Of a stretch of DNA of 64,000 nt, positions 8,539 through 18,906 are shown one piece after another. Made by a program: the position numbers and the translations under genes. The DNA is taken from the NCBI GenBank assembly GCA_937897625.1, contig CALCNZ010000107.1:12511-76510 (forward strand), read 5' to 3'. Positions within the stretch are counted from its first letter, which is position 1. Each line of letters begins with the position of its first letter. Below the pieces are notes generated by a model that was not told where the DNA came from, did no database searches, and saw only the letters and a program-made list of their open reading frames with translations. Origin of the DNA: an uncultured Flavobacteriales bacterium (GTDB lineage: Bacteria > Bacteroidota > Bacteroidia > Flavobacteriales_D > Sanyastnellaceae).

Positions 8539-11500
8539 TTATTTCGATACTGAAAATGGAATCGGAGTGAAGACGCCATCGCCTTCAAACCTCAGTAAAT
8601 ACTGGCCATTCGCTAAATTCGAAACATTCAGAGAACTTTGCTCAGCAAATAAATTTTCTTGCTGAACCACTCTTCCTGAGAGATCATAAATGCGATATAA
8701 ACGGGCAGAATGGGTTCCCAAAGTGAAATTCAATAACCCTTCAGTCGGATTCGGATACAGCTTAGGCTCAGTGGCAGAGGCTTCATCTATTCCAACACAA
8801 CACACATAAATAACCTGAGTGTCTCTGTTCGTGCAGCCATTTCCGTCTACATAATTGTAGGTAATGGAGTAGTAGCCTGGGGCCACTAACTCTGGATAAA
8901 ACATATTTCCGCTCACGCCAAATCCTGTATAATACCCACCCGCTGGAATACCTGTCATCTCTACCGGCGGATCTCCGGCCATTACGGTATCCTGTGAGAG
9001 AAAGAGAACTGTCGGTTCGAACAACACGTAATAATCGAACACATCAGATGTATTCGAACATCCGTTAGCATCTGTATACGTGTAATAAACTTGGTGAGCT
9101 CCGCCGCCAGCTAAACCTGGGTCAATGGTATTTCCTACAATGCCATCGCCAACATACGTTCCTCCAATTGGCAAACCAACTATACCCACTGGGTCTGCCG
9201 AAATACAAATGCTGTCTGTCGAAAGTCCCATAGCTACTTCAGGTATATCGTTCACATGAACACTTAACTGATTGCTGCTTCCTTCACAACCAAACTCGTT
9301 CACACCTGTGCATGAATAATTTCCTGTTTGGGTAACGTTAATACTCGGAGTAAGTTCTCCGCCATTCCATTCATAACTTAATCCACCCGTTGCTGTAAGA
9401 TTCAAAGAAGAGTTGCCACAAAACGTTAGTGGTCCGTCTGCCGAAATAGAAATGGTTGGCTGAGGTAATACCGTAAAATTATAGTCGTCTGAACGCGTGC
9501 TGCAACCTGGGGTAGTCGTTCCAATTAAATACACCACCATAGGCGCATCTACTTCAAGCGCTGCAGTCGTGTCTCCTGTAGACCATAGAAAATGATCGGC
9601 TCCACCCGCGCACAAAATGGCAGATTTGCCATCACAAAAAATTGTATCGCCTGTAATGTGAACCGTTAGATACGGGTAGTTGCAATTCTTTACCTTCCCG
9701 AAGAAGGCTTCTTCGCCACCGTTATTCGTGGCTTCGTATCCTCCAACAGCAATGTTCGCAGAGGCAGAGCTTCCGGCAAAGTACATTTCCTGATTGGCAT
9801 TAATTACAAGATCGCTCACCGACTCATCGGCGCTTCCTCCTAAATACGAGCTCCAATAACGAGCCCCGTCAATGGAATATCCAGCAAAAACAATATCGGT
9901 TAATCCGCCATTTGTGTTCTGAAAGCCATTGTCGCCTAAATTGGAAGAGGTTGAATTCCCTGTTATGAAAATACTCCCAGCGGCATCTGTTGTAACTCCC
10001 CAAAGCGATTCGTTTCCCGAACCTCCGTAGTAGGTCTTCCAATTCACTGCCCCGTCAATGGTGTAAGAAGCTAAATATCCATCGAAACTTCCACCGCCAT
10101 TGAACACCTGCGCAGCGCCCGGGGTAGAGATCCCACTTATTGAACCCGACTTTCCAACAACATACAAGCGATCTGCCGTAACATGAATAGCTTCTGCGCG
10201 GTCTTCGCTTGTTCCACCTATGTAAGACGCCCATGCAATGGTATTACTTGTATTTATTTTTGCGAAAAAGCCATCGTATGCGCCACCACCGTATGTGTTC
10301 TGCGCGCCTCCAACAGCCATGCCTGCAGAAGAACTTGTGGTTCCTGTAAAATATAAATTGAAGTCGCTAGTAGCTACAATGTCACCTGCCAATTCAGCAC
10401 CGCTTCCACCAAAATAAGAGTATCGAAGAAGGAATCCACCGGGATCAATCATACCTATATAGAAATCACTCGCACCGCCGCCATTAGAAGCTTGTAGCGC
10501 ATCCATGGTTATTAAATCAGTGGAACTTGTTTCACCAATAAAGTAAACCTCGCCTTGAAATCCAACCGACAGAGAGGTAATTTGCTCGTCACCGCTTCCG
10601 CCATAATAAGAGCACCATTCCAATGTTCCGTCTGGAAACAATTTCAAAATAAACCCATCTTTCGGACCGCCGCCGTATACAATCTGCTGACTTGAAGAGG
10701 CAAATGCCGACATTGAACTTGTGCTTCCTGCTACATAAATTCCTCCGTATGGATCAACCACAATGTCGTTTCCAACATCGTTTCCGGTTTTGCCGTAATA
10801 TGTTGCCCATTGGCGTTGATTCAAGGCGTTGAACTTCACCACATACACGTCGTTGCTTCCGCCCAACAAACCCTGGTAACCCAAGTAAGAAATCAATGTT
10901 GTTGAATTGGTAGCTCCTGTTAAATAGTAGTCTCCGTTCGCATCGGTGAAAATTCCACGTGAATCGTCTAACCCAGTCCCGCCGTAATACGAAGTCCAAA
11001 TAACTTCCGGGTCCAAGACAAGCTCTCCGGTAGTATTCGCAGGAATTTCAAATTGAAATGTATTTCCGTTTACAATAAAATTTCCTTCTATATTTTTTTC
11101 TTGGTTGAAGTAAACCGGCTTCGCATCGTTCACTTGACCCATTTCCCCTTTAATTCGAAGGCTTCCATTGGAACACTTTTCCAATTCTTTCGCTCCTTCA
11201 ACTTCCATGTTAATTTGCTTAGCAGCGCGCGCGTTCTCAGCAATAAATTCGTATTTCAATCCGGATTCGGTGATGTATATTCTCCAGTCTACGCCCGGAT
11301 AAATATCCGAAACACGCACTTCTTGAAACGCGTTCACGGCATTCGGTTTTCCATCTACAAAATAATTTTCTGTATATGAAGACTCCTGCAATCCTTTCGC
11401 AACAGCACTTGCAGAGCATCCCTTCCAATTTACATCTACACGCTCGGCGTAAACTCCTTCGTTGTTGTAGCGTTTGAACTGGTAGGTTAATCCGCTCTTT

Positions 11501-11676
11501 CGAACGAACACATCCATTTCAGAAGTTGTGTAGGTAAACAAAACGGAACGGTCTTGAAGTCCTTTTTCGTTTTTTACCTGCCCATTGTTTTCAATGAAAA
11601 AACGATCGTTTGCTAACGCGAAGTTGCAAGAGAGCGTAACAACAGCAGTGAGGAATAGTGTGTAGAAAGATTTCAT
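8539..11676 (-). CDS. large secreted beta-propeller (SBBP-type repeat) protein with Cys-containing Ig-like modules and a T9SS type A C-terminal sorting domain
   Basis: Signal peptide. Seven (S/T)Y(Y/F/I/L)GG(S/T)-type repeats (SYYGGTGLDD, TYYGKTGNDV, SYYGGSGDEQ, SYFGGSGAEL, SYIGGTSEDR, TYYGGSGNES, SYLGGSADES). The C-terminus (KLYPNPTEGLLNFTL...YRIYDLSGRVV...LANGQYLLRF) fits a Por secretion tail. Confidence 0.85.
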   Translation of the reverse strand: MKSFYTLFLTAVVTLSCNFALANDRFFIENNGQVKNEKGLQDRSVLFTYTTSEMDVFVRKSGLTYQFKRYNNEGVYAERVDVNWKGCSASAVAKGLQESSYTENYFVDGKPNAVNAFQEVRVSDIYPGVDWRIYITESGLKYEFIAENARAAKQINMEVEGAKELEKCSNGSLRIKGEMGQVNDAKPVYFNQEKNIEGNFIVNGNTFQFEIPANTTGELVLDPEVIWTSYYGGTGLDDSRGIFTDANGDYYLTGATNSTTLISYLGYQGLLGGSNDVYVVKFNALNQRQWATYYGKTGNDVGNDIVVDPYGGIYVAGSTSSMSAFASSSQQIVYGGGPKDGFILKLFPDGTLEWCSYYGGSGDEQITSLSVGFQGEVYFIGETSSTDLITMDALQASNGGGASDFYIGMIDPGGFLLRYSYFGGSGAELAGDIVATSDFNLYFTGTTSSSAGMAVGGAQNTYGGGAYDGFFAKINTSNTIAWASYIGGTSEDRAEAIHVTADRLYVVGKSGSISGISTPGAAQVFNGGGSFDGYLASYTIDGAVNWKTYYGGSGNESLWGVTTDAAGSIFITGNSTSSNLGDNGFQNTNGGLTDIVFAGYSIDGARYWSSYLGGSADESVSDLVINANQEMYFAGSSASANIAVGGYEATNNGGEEAFFGKVKNCNYPYLTVHITGDTIFCDGKSAILCAGGADHFLWSTGDTTAALEVDAPMVVYLIGTTTPGCSTRSDDYNFTVLPQPTISISADGPLTFCGNSSLNLTATGGLSYEWNGGELTPSINVTQTGNYSCTGVNEFGCEGSSNQLSVHVNDIPEVAMGLSTDSICISADPVGIVGLPIGGTYVGDGIVGNTIDPGLAGGGAHQVYYTYTDANGCSNTSDVFDYYVLFEPTVLFLSQDTVMAGDPPVEMTGIPAGGYYTGFGVSGNMFYPELVAPGYYSITYNYVDGNGCTNRDTQVIYVCCVGIDEASATEPKLYPNPTEGLLNFTLGTHSARLYRIYDLSGRVVQQENLFAEQSSLNVSNLANGQYLLRFEGDGVFTPIPFSVSK

Positions 11677-11793
11677 GCGCGAGTATATTCGGTGTTACGC
11701 TAAAGTAGAAATTAGGTTACACCCAAACCGAACGTTCATTCGAACCTTACAAACGTTGCAATGTTAACTCTGCATTACATCGCAAAGCGGTCG

Positions 11794-11849
11794 TCGCATA
11801 GCGTCATCCACGAAGTGGTCATCGCGCAGCGTCATCCACGAAGTGGTAA
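11794..11849. repeat. 28-bp tandem duplication abutting the rodA stop codon
   Basis: tcgcatagcgtcatccacgaagtggtca (11794-11821) and tcgcgcagcgtcatccacgaagtggtaa (11822-11849) match at 25/28 positions. Each unit holds the mini-hairpin CCAC-GAA-GTGG. Confidence 0.9.
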
Positions 11850-13172
11850 TCATCTAAAGATGCTGAGTCGCTCCGCGTCTAATCGAATCATAATAAACAG
11901 CAACATCGTAAACGCCATAAGCGAAGATCCGCCGTAACTGAAGAATGGCAAGGGAATGCCAATAATAGGAGCCAATCCCAGCACCATTCCAATGTTAATG
12001 AGCAGGTGCATGAATATGATGGCTGCCACGCAATAGCCGTAAACACGGGAGAATTGAGAACGTTGCCTTTCGGCCAAAACTACCAATCTATAAATTAGCG
12101 CAAAAAACAAAAGAATTACGGTAACGCTGCCCAAGAATCCCCACTCTTCAGCCACCGCGCTAAAAATAAAATCGGTCCATTGTTCCGGCACGTAGTTATT
12201 CTGAGTCATCGGGCCCTGATGAAATCCTCTTCCAACTAAACCTCCCGAACCCACAGTAATCTTGGCCATCTCTGAATTGTAGGTCGCGTCTTCGCGTTCT
12301 ACCGGTAGCGAGAGCATAACATAAATTCGCTCTTTGTGGTGCTTTTCAAGCACATTGTCTACAATGTAATTAATGGAAAACGCAAGACTCGAAGCTAAGA
12401 TCAACGATATAACGGTAACCGAATAGAGCATTCTTCTTGATCTTGGCACAACAAAGTTCCGAACGAAAATCAAAGCAAGTATAGACAATCCGAAAAGGGA
12501 AAGTATGAAGGTCCAAATAGAACTCATTTCTCCAAAATAAGGATACGTTGTTCTTCCCGCTCCAATAACAATACTCAATGTCCCAATTACTACACTTGCG
12601 AAACCCGCAATAAGCACATTGCCCGACATGCCCTCGCGATACATCACTAAAATGAATGCGAGGAAAGTTAACAAGGAACCCACATCGGGCTGGAGTAAAA
12701 TTAAACATGCTGGTAACCCAATAATTGCGAAGGCTTGAATTCGGGTCCGCAAATTTTTCAATTGCATTCCCGAGCTGGAAATAAATTTAGAGAGAAACAA
12801 ACCAACGCCAATCTTCGAAAACTCGCTGGGTTGAATTCCAAAAGCTCCTATACCGAACCATGCTTTAGCACCGTTCACTTCCTTCCCTACAACCAAGACC
12901 AACATAAGTAACAGCACGAAGAAGAGATAAATGTAAATCGCCAACTTGTTGAATACTTCTGCGTCTAAATAAAGGATGATTACAATTAAAAAAACACAGA
13001 CGCCTATCCAAACAAGCTGCTTACCATACTCTTCCGAAAAAGCAAACGGACTTGGAACAAGTGGGTTATACGCAGCGCTATAGATCGAAAGCCAACCGAA
13101 CAAAACCAACGTCCCGTAGAGCGCAACTGTGCCCAAATCGAGTTGTAATTTTTGTTTGTTCGAAGCAGCCAT
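11850..13172 (-). CDS. rodA: rod shape-determining protein RodA (SEDS family peptidoglycan polymerase)
   Basis: Polytopic FtsW/RodA/SpoVE-type sequence (PSEFSKI..., GIPLPFFSYGGSS). It lies directly downstream of mrdA. Confidence 0.9.
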   Translation of the reverse strand: MAASNKQKLQLDLGTVALYGTLVLFGWLSIYSAAYNPLVPSPFAFSEEYGKQLVWIGVCVFLIVIILYLDAEVFNKLAIYIYLFFVLLLMLVLVVGKEVNGAKAWFGIGAFGIQPSEFSKIGVGLFLSKFISSSGMQLKNLRTRIQAFAIIGLPACLILLQPDVGSLLTFLAFILVMYREGMSGNVLIAGFASVVIGTLSIVIGAGRTTYPYFGEMSSIWTFILSLFGLSILALIFVRNFVVPRSRRMLYSVTVISLILASSLAFSINYIVDNVLEKHHKERIYVMLSLPVEREDATYNSEMAKITVGSGGLVGRGFHQGPMTQNNYVPEQWTDFIFSAVAEEWGFLGSVTVILLFFALIYRLVVLAERQRSQFSRVYGYCVAAIIFMHLLINIGMVLGLAPIIGIPLPFFSYGGSSLMAFTMLLFIMIRLDAERLSIFR

Positions 13173-14980
13173 TAATTTAGAATTTTAGCGTTCATAATTA
13201 ACTCTTCTCTGCCTGTGTTGGTTGTTCCTCCTTTCAAGTATTTTTCAATCATTAAACTTGAAATAGGAGCAGCCCATGTTCCCCCGAATCCTGCGTATTC
13301 AACATACACAGCCAAAGCAATTTTCGGATTCTCTTTCGGAGCGAAGCAAACGAACACACTGTGATCCTCGCGCGGTTCGTTCTGCACGGTTCCTGTTTTT
13401 CCGCAAATAACAATGTCAGAAAGTTTAATGCTATTGGCTGTTCCGCCCGGACCAACCACTTTTTCCATAGCGTTTACGACTGTCTCAAAATATTCCGGTT
13501 TTACTCCCACGTCTACACGCGTAACATACTCGGTGCGGGCAGTGCCACCTCTTCCAATTTGTTTAACTGTGTGCGGAGGAACATAGAACCCGCGATTGGC
13601 AATGATGCAAGCCAAGTTGCACATTTGAACGGGATTAATCAAAAGCTCTCCTTCACCAATGGCAATGGAATAGATGGTAGAGAAATTCCAACCTTCAACA
13701 CCGTACTTCTTGTTGTAATATTCTGTGCTCGGAACATTTCCCTTTTTCATATTCGGAAGGTCGCTTCCTAAGTTTGAACCAAATCCCAGTTTTCTTATTT
13801 GTTCATTCCAGATAGAAAGTCCTATTGCTGCGTCTTTCGCGCGATTGTTCGGGTCTCTATTGGCTTCCACTACCCGTTGCAATACTCCGCGGAAATAGGG
13901 ATTGCACGAATGAACAATAGCCATTTCCAAATCGTCCATGCTGTGCGCGCCGTGACATCCAATTAAACTTCTGTTGCACGCTATTCGCGTGTCTTTCGTT
14001 ATTGAACCCAGCTGCAATGCGGTAAGCGATTGCGCCAATTTAAAAATAGATCCTGGCCTATACTGCGCTTGTGTTGCTCTATTGAACAAAGGCTTCAGCG
14101 GGTTCTTTGCTAACGCTGCGAAATTCTGTCCGCGTGCTCTACCTACCAATAAATTCGGATCGAAAGTTGGCGCAGAAACCAAAGCTAATATTTCGCCTGT
14201 TGAAGGCTCTATGGCAACAATACAACCTCGCTTATTCTGCATTAATTTCTCTCCATACTTCTGCAACTCGGCATCTATTGTGGCGTACAAGTCAACCCCT
14301 TCAAGTGCTGCACTGTCTAATTGTCCATTGGCAACACTGTGTTCAACGCCCAGATTATCGCGATAAACATATTTTATTCCGCGTTTACCGCGCAATTCCT
14401 TCTCATACGACTTTTCAATTCCATTCAACCCAATGTAATCCCCCTTGCGATAATCTGGATGTGACTTCAATATGTCCCCATTCACCTCGCCTACATCACC
14501 TAACACCAATGCGCCTAGGCTTTCAGGATAAGTACGCAAAGTTCTTGCTTGAACAAAAAAACCAGGGAATTTATAAAGTCTTTCTGCGAAAAGTGCATAC
14601 TCTTCAGGAAGCATTTGCTTAATAACCGGAGAGGGTTTGTACTTCACGTTGGGGTAAGAGGTCGATTTTTTTAATATCTCTTTCAACTCTTCGTAAGGTA
14701 GATTAACCAATTTACAAAACTCTGTAGTATCGAATGGCTGCAGGTCTTTCGGCAAAACCATTAAATCGTAAACGGTCTGATTGGTCACCAAAACTTTTCC
14801 GTTTCGATCGAAGATATTTCCACGTGATGGATAAACAACTACCTCTCTTTCTGTTAAACGCGAGCCTTTATTTTTCCATTCGCTGGTGGCAACCTGAAGC
14901 GCAAAAAGACGCACTATGTAAATGACACAGATGGTTCCAACAATAAACAAGAAGGTGTACCGGCGATTGTCGTTGTTCAA
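13172..14980 (-). CDS. mrdA: penicillin-binding protein 2 (elongasome transpeptidase)
   Basis: N-terminal anchor plus a transpeptidase domain with SxxK (PGSIFK), SxN (HSCN) and KTG (GKTGT) motifs. It overlaps rodA by 1 nt. Confidence 0.92.
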   Translation of the reverse strand: MNNDNRRYTFLFIVGTICVIYIVRLFALQVATSEWKNKGSRLTEREVVVYPSRGNIFDRNGKVLVTNQTVYDLMVLPKDLQPFDTTEFCKLVNLPYEELKEILKKSTSYPNVKYKPSPVIKQMLPEEYALFAERLYKFPGFFVQARTLRTYPESLGALVLGDVGEVNGDILKSHPDYRKGDYIGLNGIEKSYEKELRGKRGIKYVYRDNLGVEHSVANGQLDSAALEGVDLYATIDAELQKYGEKLMQNKRGCIVAIEPSTGEILALVSAPTFDPNLLVGRARGQNFAALAKNPLKPLFNRATQAQYRPGSIFKLAQSLTALQLGSITKDTRIACNRSLIGCHGAHSMDDLEMAIVHSCNPYFRGVLQRVVEANRDPNNRAKDAAIGLSIWNEQIRKLGFGSNLGSDLPNMKKGNVPSTEYYNKKYGVEGWNFSTIYSIAIGEGELLINPVQMCNLACIIANRGFYVPPHTVKQIGRGGTARTEYVTRVDVGVKPEYFETVVNAMEKVVGPGGTANSIKLSDIVICGKTGTVQNEPREDHSVFVCFAPKENPKIALAVYVEYAGFGGTWAAPISSLMIEKYLKGGTTNTGREELIMNAKILN

Positions 14981-14985
14981 GGTAA

Positions 14986-15492
14986 TTAGCTGCTTTTCTT
15001 ATTTGGCGAAATTAAGAGTTGCGCCAAAATCATCAGCAATAAAGTTGCAATAGAACTTAACAAAATATGAAACAACTGGAAGAAGAATTTATCCCAACGT
15101 AAAAACTCGAAAAAGATTAACCACGTGTGATGCACTAGGGTTAAAATACCCGCGTAGGTCGTATACCACGCCAATCCCATTTTATGTATGGTGGGCTTCA
15201 GGTTTGAATCATATCCTTCTCGAGGAGCCAACATGTTTTGCACAAGAGGCTGCAGAAAGGTAAGCAGCAAACACGCCGAAGTATGAAGGCCCGGAGGTCC
15301 CGTAAACAAGTCCATGAGAATTCCCGTGAAAAATCCAATCAACAGCAATAACCATCGAGGCGTGTCGAATGGAAACATTAACAAACTAAAAATATAAATA
15401 AATGGAAGCACCAAACCATCGAACAACTGAATTCGGCTTACCACCAAAGCTTGCAAAAGCACGAAAAGAATTATGCGCAAGTAGTTCATCAT
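14986..15492 (-). CDS. mreD: rod shape-determining protein MreD
   Basis: Small polytopic membrane protein located between mreC and mrdA. It overlaps mreC by 4 nt. Confidence 0.75.
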   Translation of the reverse strand: MMNYLRIILFVLLQALVVSRIQLFDGLVLPFIYIFSLLMFPFDTPRWLLLLIGFFTGILMDLFTGPPGLHTSACLLLTFLQPLVQNMLAPREGYDSNLKPTIHKMGLAWYTTYAGILTLVHHTWLIFFEFLRWDKFFFQLFHILLSSIATLLLMILAQLLISPNKKSS

Positions 15493-16328
15493 TCTTCCCC
15501 TCCGTCTGCAATAATTTGTTGTTGTTGAAGAGAATCAATTTCCATTTTCTGAAGATTTTTCACCACTTGAACCCAGGCTACCTTTCGGTAGTCGGTAGCT
15601 AGTTTTACTTTTATTCGATGGAAGTTTTCTTCCGGTTTATCTTCGAGCGCTTCCACACTTCCTATGAGCATTCCTTCTGGAAAGTGACTCGAAAACCCTG
15701 TGGTTACTACTGTATCACCAACGTTAATGTACACATGTTTCGGAATTTCCTTCACAAAGGCAAACAACGGATCTCCTCCTGGCCATTCCAAAATACCAAA
15801 CTCGCCTGTTCCTTTCATTTTTACAGACCCTTGAAATTTTGTGTGAAGGACAGGCATAACAATTGAATAATTTTCACTCACACTGCTCACAATTCCAACA
15901 ATACTTCCGTTTGCGATTACGCCCATTTCAATGCCAATGCCTTCCGCATATCCTTTGTTCAAAGTGAGGTAATTTCGCTTTCGACTTACTGTTGCATTTA
16001 CAACTTTTGCAGGCGTATACGTGTACTGTTGACGCACTCCTTGAGCCTTGTAAGTTGCAGTGTCGGAAGTAATATAATTTTCTGGAAGAAGACTGCGCAA
16101 AGCTGCGTTTTCAATTGCCAGCTGATCGTTAATCTCGGCAAGTCTCAAATAACTCGTGAACTCGTCGCGCTTTGCATAAATATATCCTGCGAAGTCAGAG
16201 CTGTGACGAATGAATTCTTTTCGGTGAAAATTATTTTCAGAAAACAAAACTATCAATGAAAAAACCTGAAGTACTAAGAACAACAAAAGCACGTGAAATC
16301 GTTGCAATAATGCTAAAAGATTACCCAT
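15489..16328 (-). CDS. mreC: rod shape-determining protein MreC
   Basis: N-terminal transmembrane segment, a coiled coil, then a beta-rich domain (GDTVVTTGFSSHFPEGMLIG). It lies downstream of mreB. Confidence 0.85.
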   Translation of the reverse strand: MGNLLALLQRFHVLLLFLVLQVFSLIVLFSENNFHRKEFIRHSSDFAGYIYAKRDEFTSYLRLAEINDQLAIENAALRSLLPENYITSDTATYKAQGVRQQYTYTPAKVVNATVSRKRNYLTLNKGYAEGIGIEMGVIANGSIVGIVSSVSENYSIVMPVLHTKFQGSVKMKGTGEFGILEWPGGDPLFAFVKEIPKHVYINVGDTVVTTGFSSHFPEGMLIGSVEALEDKPEENFHRIKVKLATDYRKVAWVQVVKNLQKMEIDSLQQQQIIADGGEE

Positions 16329-16348
16329 TCTGCTTTCGTGTTAACGAA

Positions 16349-17374
16349 TTACTCGCGCATTAAGAATTGGAAACGGTTGATGTTCTTCAACGCAATTCCT
16401 GTTCCTCTTGCTACTGCACGCAAAGGATCGTCGGCAACATGAACTGGTAATTTCGTTTTACGATTGATACGAACGTCTAGTCCGCGAAGCAATGCACCAC
16501 CTCCGGCCAAATAAATTCCTGTCTTGAAAATATCTGCAGATAACTCAGGCGGAGTATTTTCCAAGCAACTCATGATTGCTTCCTCAATTTTAGAAATTGA
16601 TTTGTTCAACGCATGTGCGATTTCTTTGTAAGAAACCATTATCTCTTTTGGAATTCCCGTTACCAAATCGCGACCGCGGACACTGTAATCCAATGGCGGA
16701 TTCTCAAGATCATCAATCGCAGCACCCACTTCAATTTTAATTTGCTCTGCAGTACGTTCGCCAATTAAAATGTTGTGGTGACGACGCATGTAGTCTTCAA
16801 TGTCTTGTGTCAATTCATCTCCAGCTACACGAATGTTTTTGTCTGTTACAATTCCACCCAAAGCAATTACTGCAATTTCAGAAGTACCACCTCCGATGTC
16901 GATGATCATATTTCCCATTGGCTCTTCCACATCTACGCCAATACCAATAGCAGCAGCCATAGGCTCGTGAATCAAATAAACCTCTTTCGCTCCAGCGTGT
17001 TCCGCAGAATCTTTTACTGCACGCTTTTCAACTTCTGTAATACCCGACGGGATACAAATAACCATTCTCAAAGAAGGTTGAAACATTTTCCCGCCCTTGT
17101 TAATCATTTTGATTAACCCTTTGATCATATCTTCTGCCGCGTGGAAATCGGCAATTACACCGTCTTTCAACGGACGTATTGTTTTAATATTCTCGTGCGT
17201 TTTACCATGCATCTGTTGCGCTAAACGCCCAACAGCAACAGTTCTACCAGAAACTCTATCGCGAGCTATGATTGATGGTTCATCTACAACCACCTTATCG
17301 TTCATGATAATGATTGTGTTTGCCGTACCTAAGTCAATGGCAATTTCTTGTGTTAGGAAACTAAAAAGTCCCAT
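16349..17374 (-). CDS. mreB: rod shape-determining protein MreB (actin homologue)
   Basis: IAIDLGTANT..., DIGGGTSEIAV and YLAGGGALLRGLD are canonical MreB motifs. Confidence 0.96.
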   Translation of the reverse strand: MGLFSFLTQEIAIDLGTANTIIIMNDKVVVDEPSIIARDRVSGRTVAVGRLAQQMHGKTHENIKTIRPLKDGVIADFHAAEDMIKGLIKMINKGGKMFQPSLRMVICIPSGITEVEKRAVKDSAEHAGAKEVYLIHEPMAAAIGIGVDVEEPMGNMIIDIGGGTSEIAVIALGGIVTDKNIRVAGDELTQDIEDYMRRHHNILIGERTAEQIKIEVGAAIDDLENPPLDYSVRGRDLVTGIPKEIMVSYKEIAHALNKSISKIEEAIMSCLENTPPELSADIFKTGIYLAGGGALLRGLDVRINRKTKLPVHVADDPLRAVARGTGIALKNINRFQFLMRE

Positions 17375-17511
17375 GCTTTTCCTTCTTTAAAATCGGTTAA
17401 TTGAAAACGCTTCGATAAGCTACAAAGATAAGCGCGCAACAAGCTTTCTAACGAATTGATAAGAATTTTTTTATCGCGTTTGATTTGAGTTAATTTCGCA
17501 AAAAAATAACT

Positions 17512-18111
17512 ATGTCATTCGAACTACCAAATCTACCTTACGCATACGACGCACTTGAACCACATTTCGATGCGCGTACAATGGAAATTCACCACAGCAA
17601 ACACCACGCTGCATACACTACTAACTTGAACAACGCTATCGCTGGAACAGATTTAGAGAATCTTTCTATCGAAGATGTAATGGTGAAAGGATTCGACACG
17701 CCAGCTGTTAGAAACAACGGTGGTGGATTCTACAATCACAATTTATTTTGGGAACTTCTTTCACCCAATGGCGGAAAAGTTACTCCAACTATGGAAGCCG
17801 CTATTAACGAGGCTTTCGGATCATTCGAAGCTTTCAAAGATTCGTTCGTTAAGGCTGCTACAACTCGTTTCGGTTCAGGATGGGCTTGGTTGTGTGTGAA
17901 AGATGGAAAACTTGAAGTGTGTTCAACACCAAACCAAGACAACCCACTCATGCCAAACGTAGGTTGCTCTGGATTTCCAATTTTAGGATTAGACGTTTGG
18001 GAACACGCGTATTACCTGAACTACCAGAACAGACGTCCAGATTACATTCAAGCTTTTTTCAATATTATTAATTGGGAAGCGGTTGAAGCTCGCTACAACA
18101 GCGCCAAGTAA
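17512..18111 (+). CDS. sodA: superoxide dismutase (Fe/Mn family, Mn-like signature)
   Basis: [28 protein letters not shown] and [23 protein letters not shown] resembles the Mn type. Confidence 0.93.
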   Translation: MSFELPNLPYAYDALEPHFDARTMEIHHSKHHAAYTTNLNNAIAGTDLENLSIEDVMVKGFDTPAVRNNGGGFYNHNLFWELLSPNGGKVTPTMEAAINEAFGSFEAFKDSFVKAATTRFGSGWAWLCVKDGKLEVCSTPNQDNPLMPNVGCSGFPILGLDVWEHAYYLNYQNRRPDYIQAFFNIINWEAVEARYNSAK

Positions 18112-18132
18112 GACTTTACTCTAATAATTTGT

Positions 18133-18157
18133 AAGCCCTCGAGATTCTCGGGGGCTT
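18133..18157. terminator. bidirectional hairpin between convergent sod and lptB
   Basis: AAGCCCTCGAG-ATT-CTCGGGGGCTT forms an 11-bp stem with one G:T pair. It is followed by ATTCTTTT on the plus strand and overlaps the lptB stop codon. Confidence 0.65.
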
Positions 18158-18890
18158 ATTCTTTTCGGGCTCTCAGAACAAAGTTCTGACCCAAATACAC
18201 ACGACGTACTTGTTCATCGGAAGCCAATTCTTCGGCACTTCCCGACTTCAAAATATTTCCATCGTACAAGAGGTATGCTCGATCCGTTATAGACAACGTT
18301 TCTTGCACATTGTGGTCTGTTATTAATATTCCAATGTTGCGCTCTTTCAACTTCCATACAATGCGTTGAATGTCTTCAACAGCAATGGGATCAACACCTG
18401 CAAAGGGTTCGTCTAATAAAATAAACTTCGGATCAGTCGCCAATGCTCGAGCTATCTCGGTTCTTCTGCGTTCACCTCCACTGAGGTGATGACCAATGTA
18501 TTTTCTTCGTGCGGTTAGTCCAAATTCTTCCAACAACGCATCTAATTTCTCTTCCTGTTCTTTCTTTGAAAGTGCTGTTAATTCAAGGACGGCTTTAATG
18601 TTGTCTTCAACAGAAAGTGAGCGAAAAATTGAAGCTTCTTGAGGTAAATAGCCTACGCCCATTTTCGCACGCTGGAACATGGGCATGTGTGTAATCTCTG
18701 TTTCATCCAACACAACCTTTCCGTGATTGGGTTGAATAAGTCCGGTAACCATGTAAAAGCTCGTTGTTTTTCCAGCTCCATTCGGACCAAGCAGTCCAAC
18801 GATTTCGCCTTGTTCAACATGAAACGACACGTCTTTTACAACCGTGCGCTTCCCGTAAATTTTCTGAATGTTTTCAGCTCTTAACTGCAT
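18156..18890 (-). CDS. lptB: LPS export ABC transporter ATP-binding protein LptB
   Basis: Walker [10 protein letters not shown], signature LSGGERRR, Walker B ILLDEP. Length and overall sequence are typical of LptB. Confidence 0.9.
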   Translation of the reverse strand: MQLRAENIQKIYGKRTVVKDVSFHVEQGEIVGLLGPNGAGKTTSFYMVTGLIQPNHGKVVLDETEITHMPMFQRAKMGVGYLPQEASIFRSLSVEDNIKAVLELTALSKKEQEEKLDALLEEFGLTARRKYIGHHLSGGERRRTEIARALATDPKFILLDEPFAGVDPIAVEDIQRIVWKLKERNIGILITDHNVQETLSITDRAYLLYDGNILKSGSAEELASDEQVRRVYLGQNFVLRARKE

Positions 18891-18906
18891 AGTGCGAAAA
18901 TAGGCA

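Noticed and set aside
11850-17374. The mreB-mreC-mreD-mrdA-rodA cluster, considered as a candidate unusual system.
   Set aside because: This is the canonical elongasome operon in the standard order with standard overlaps. Nothing is anomalous apart from the downstream 28-bp repeat, which is reported separately.
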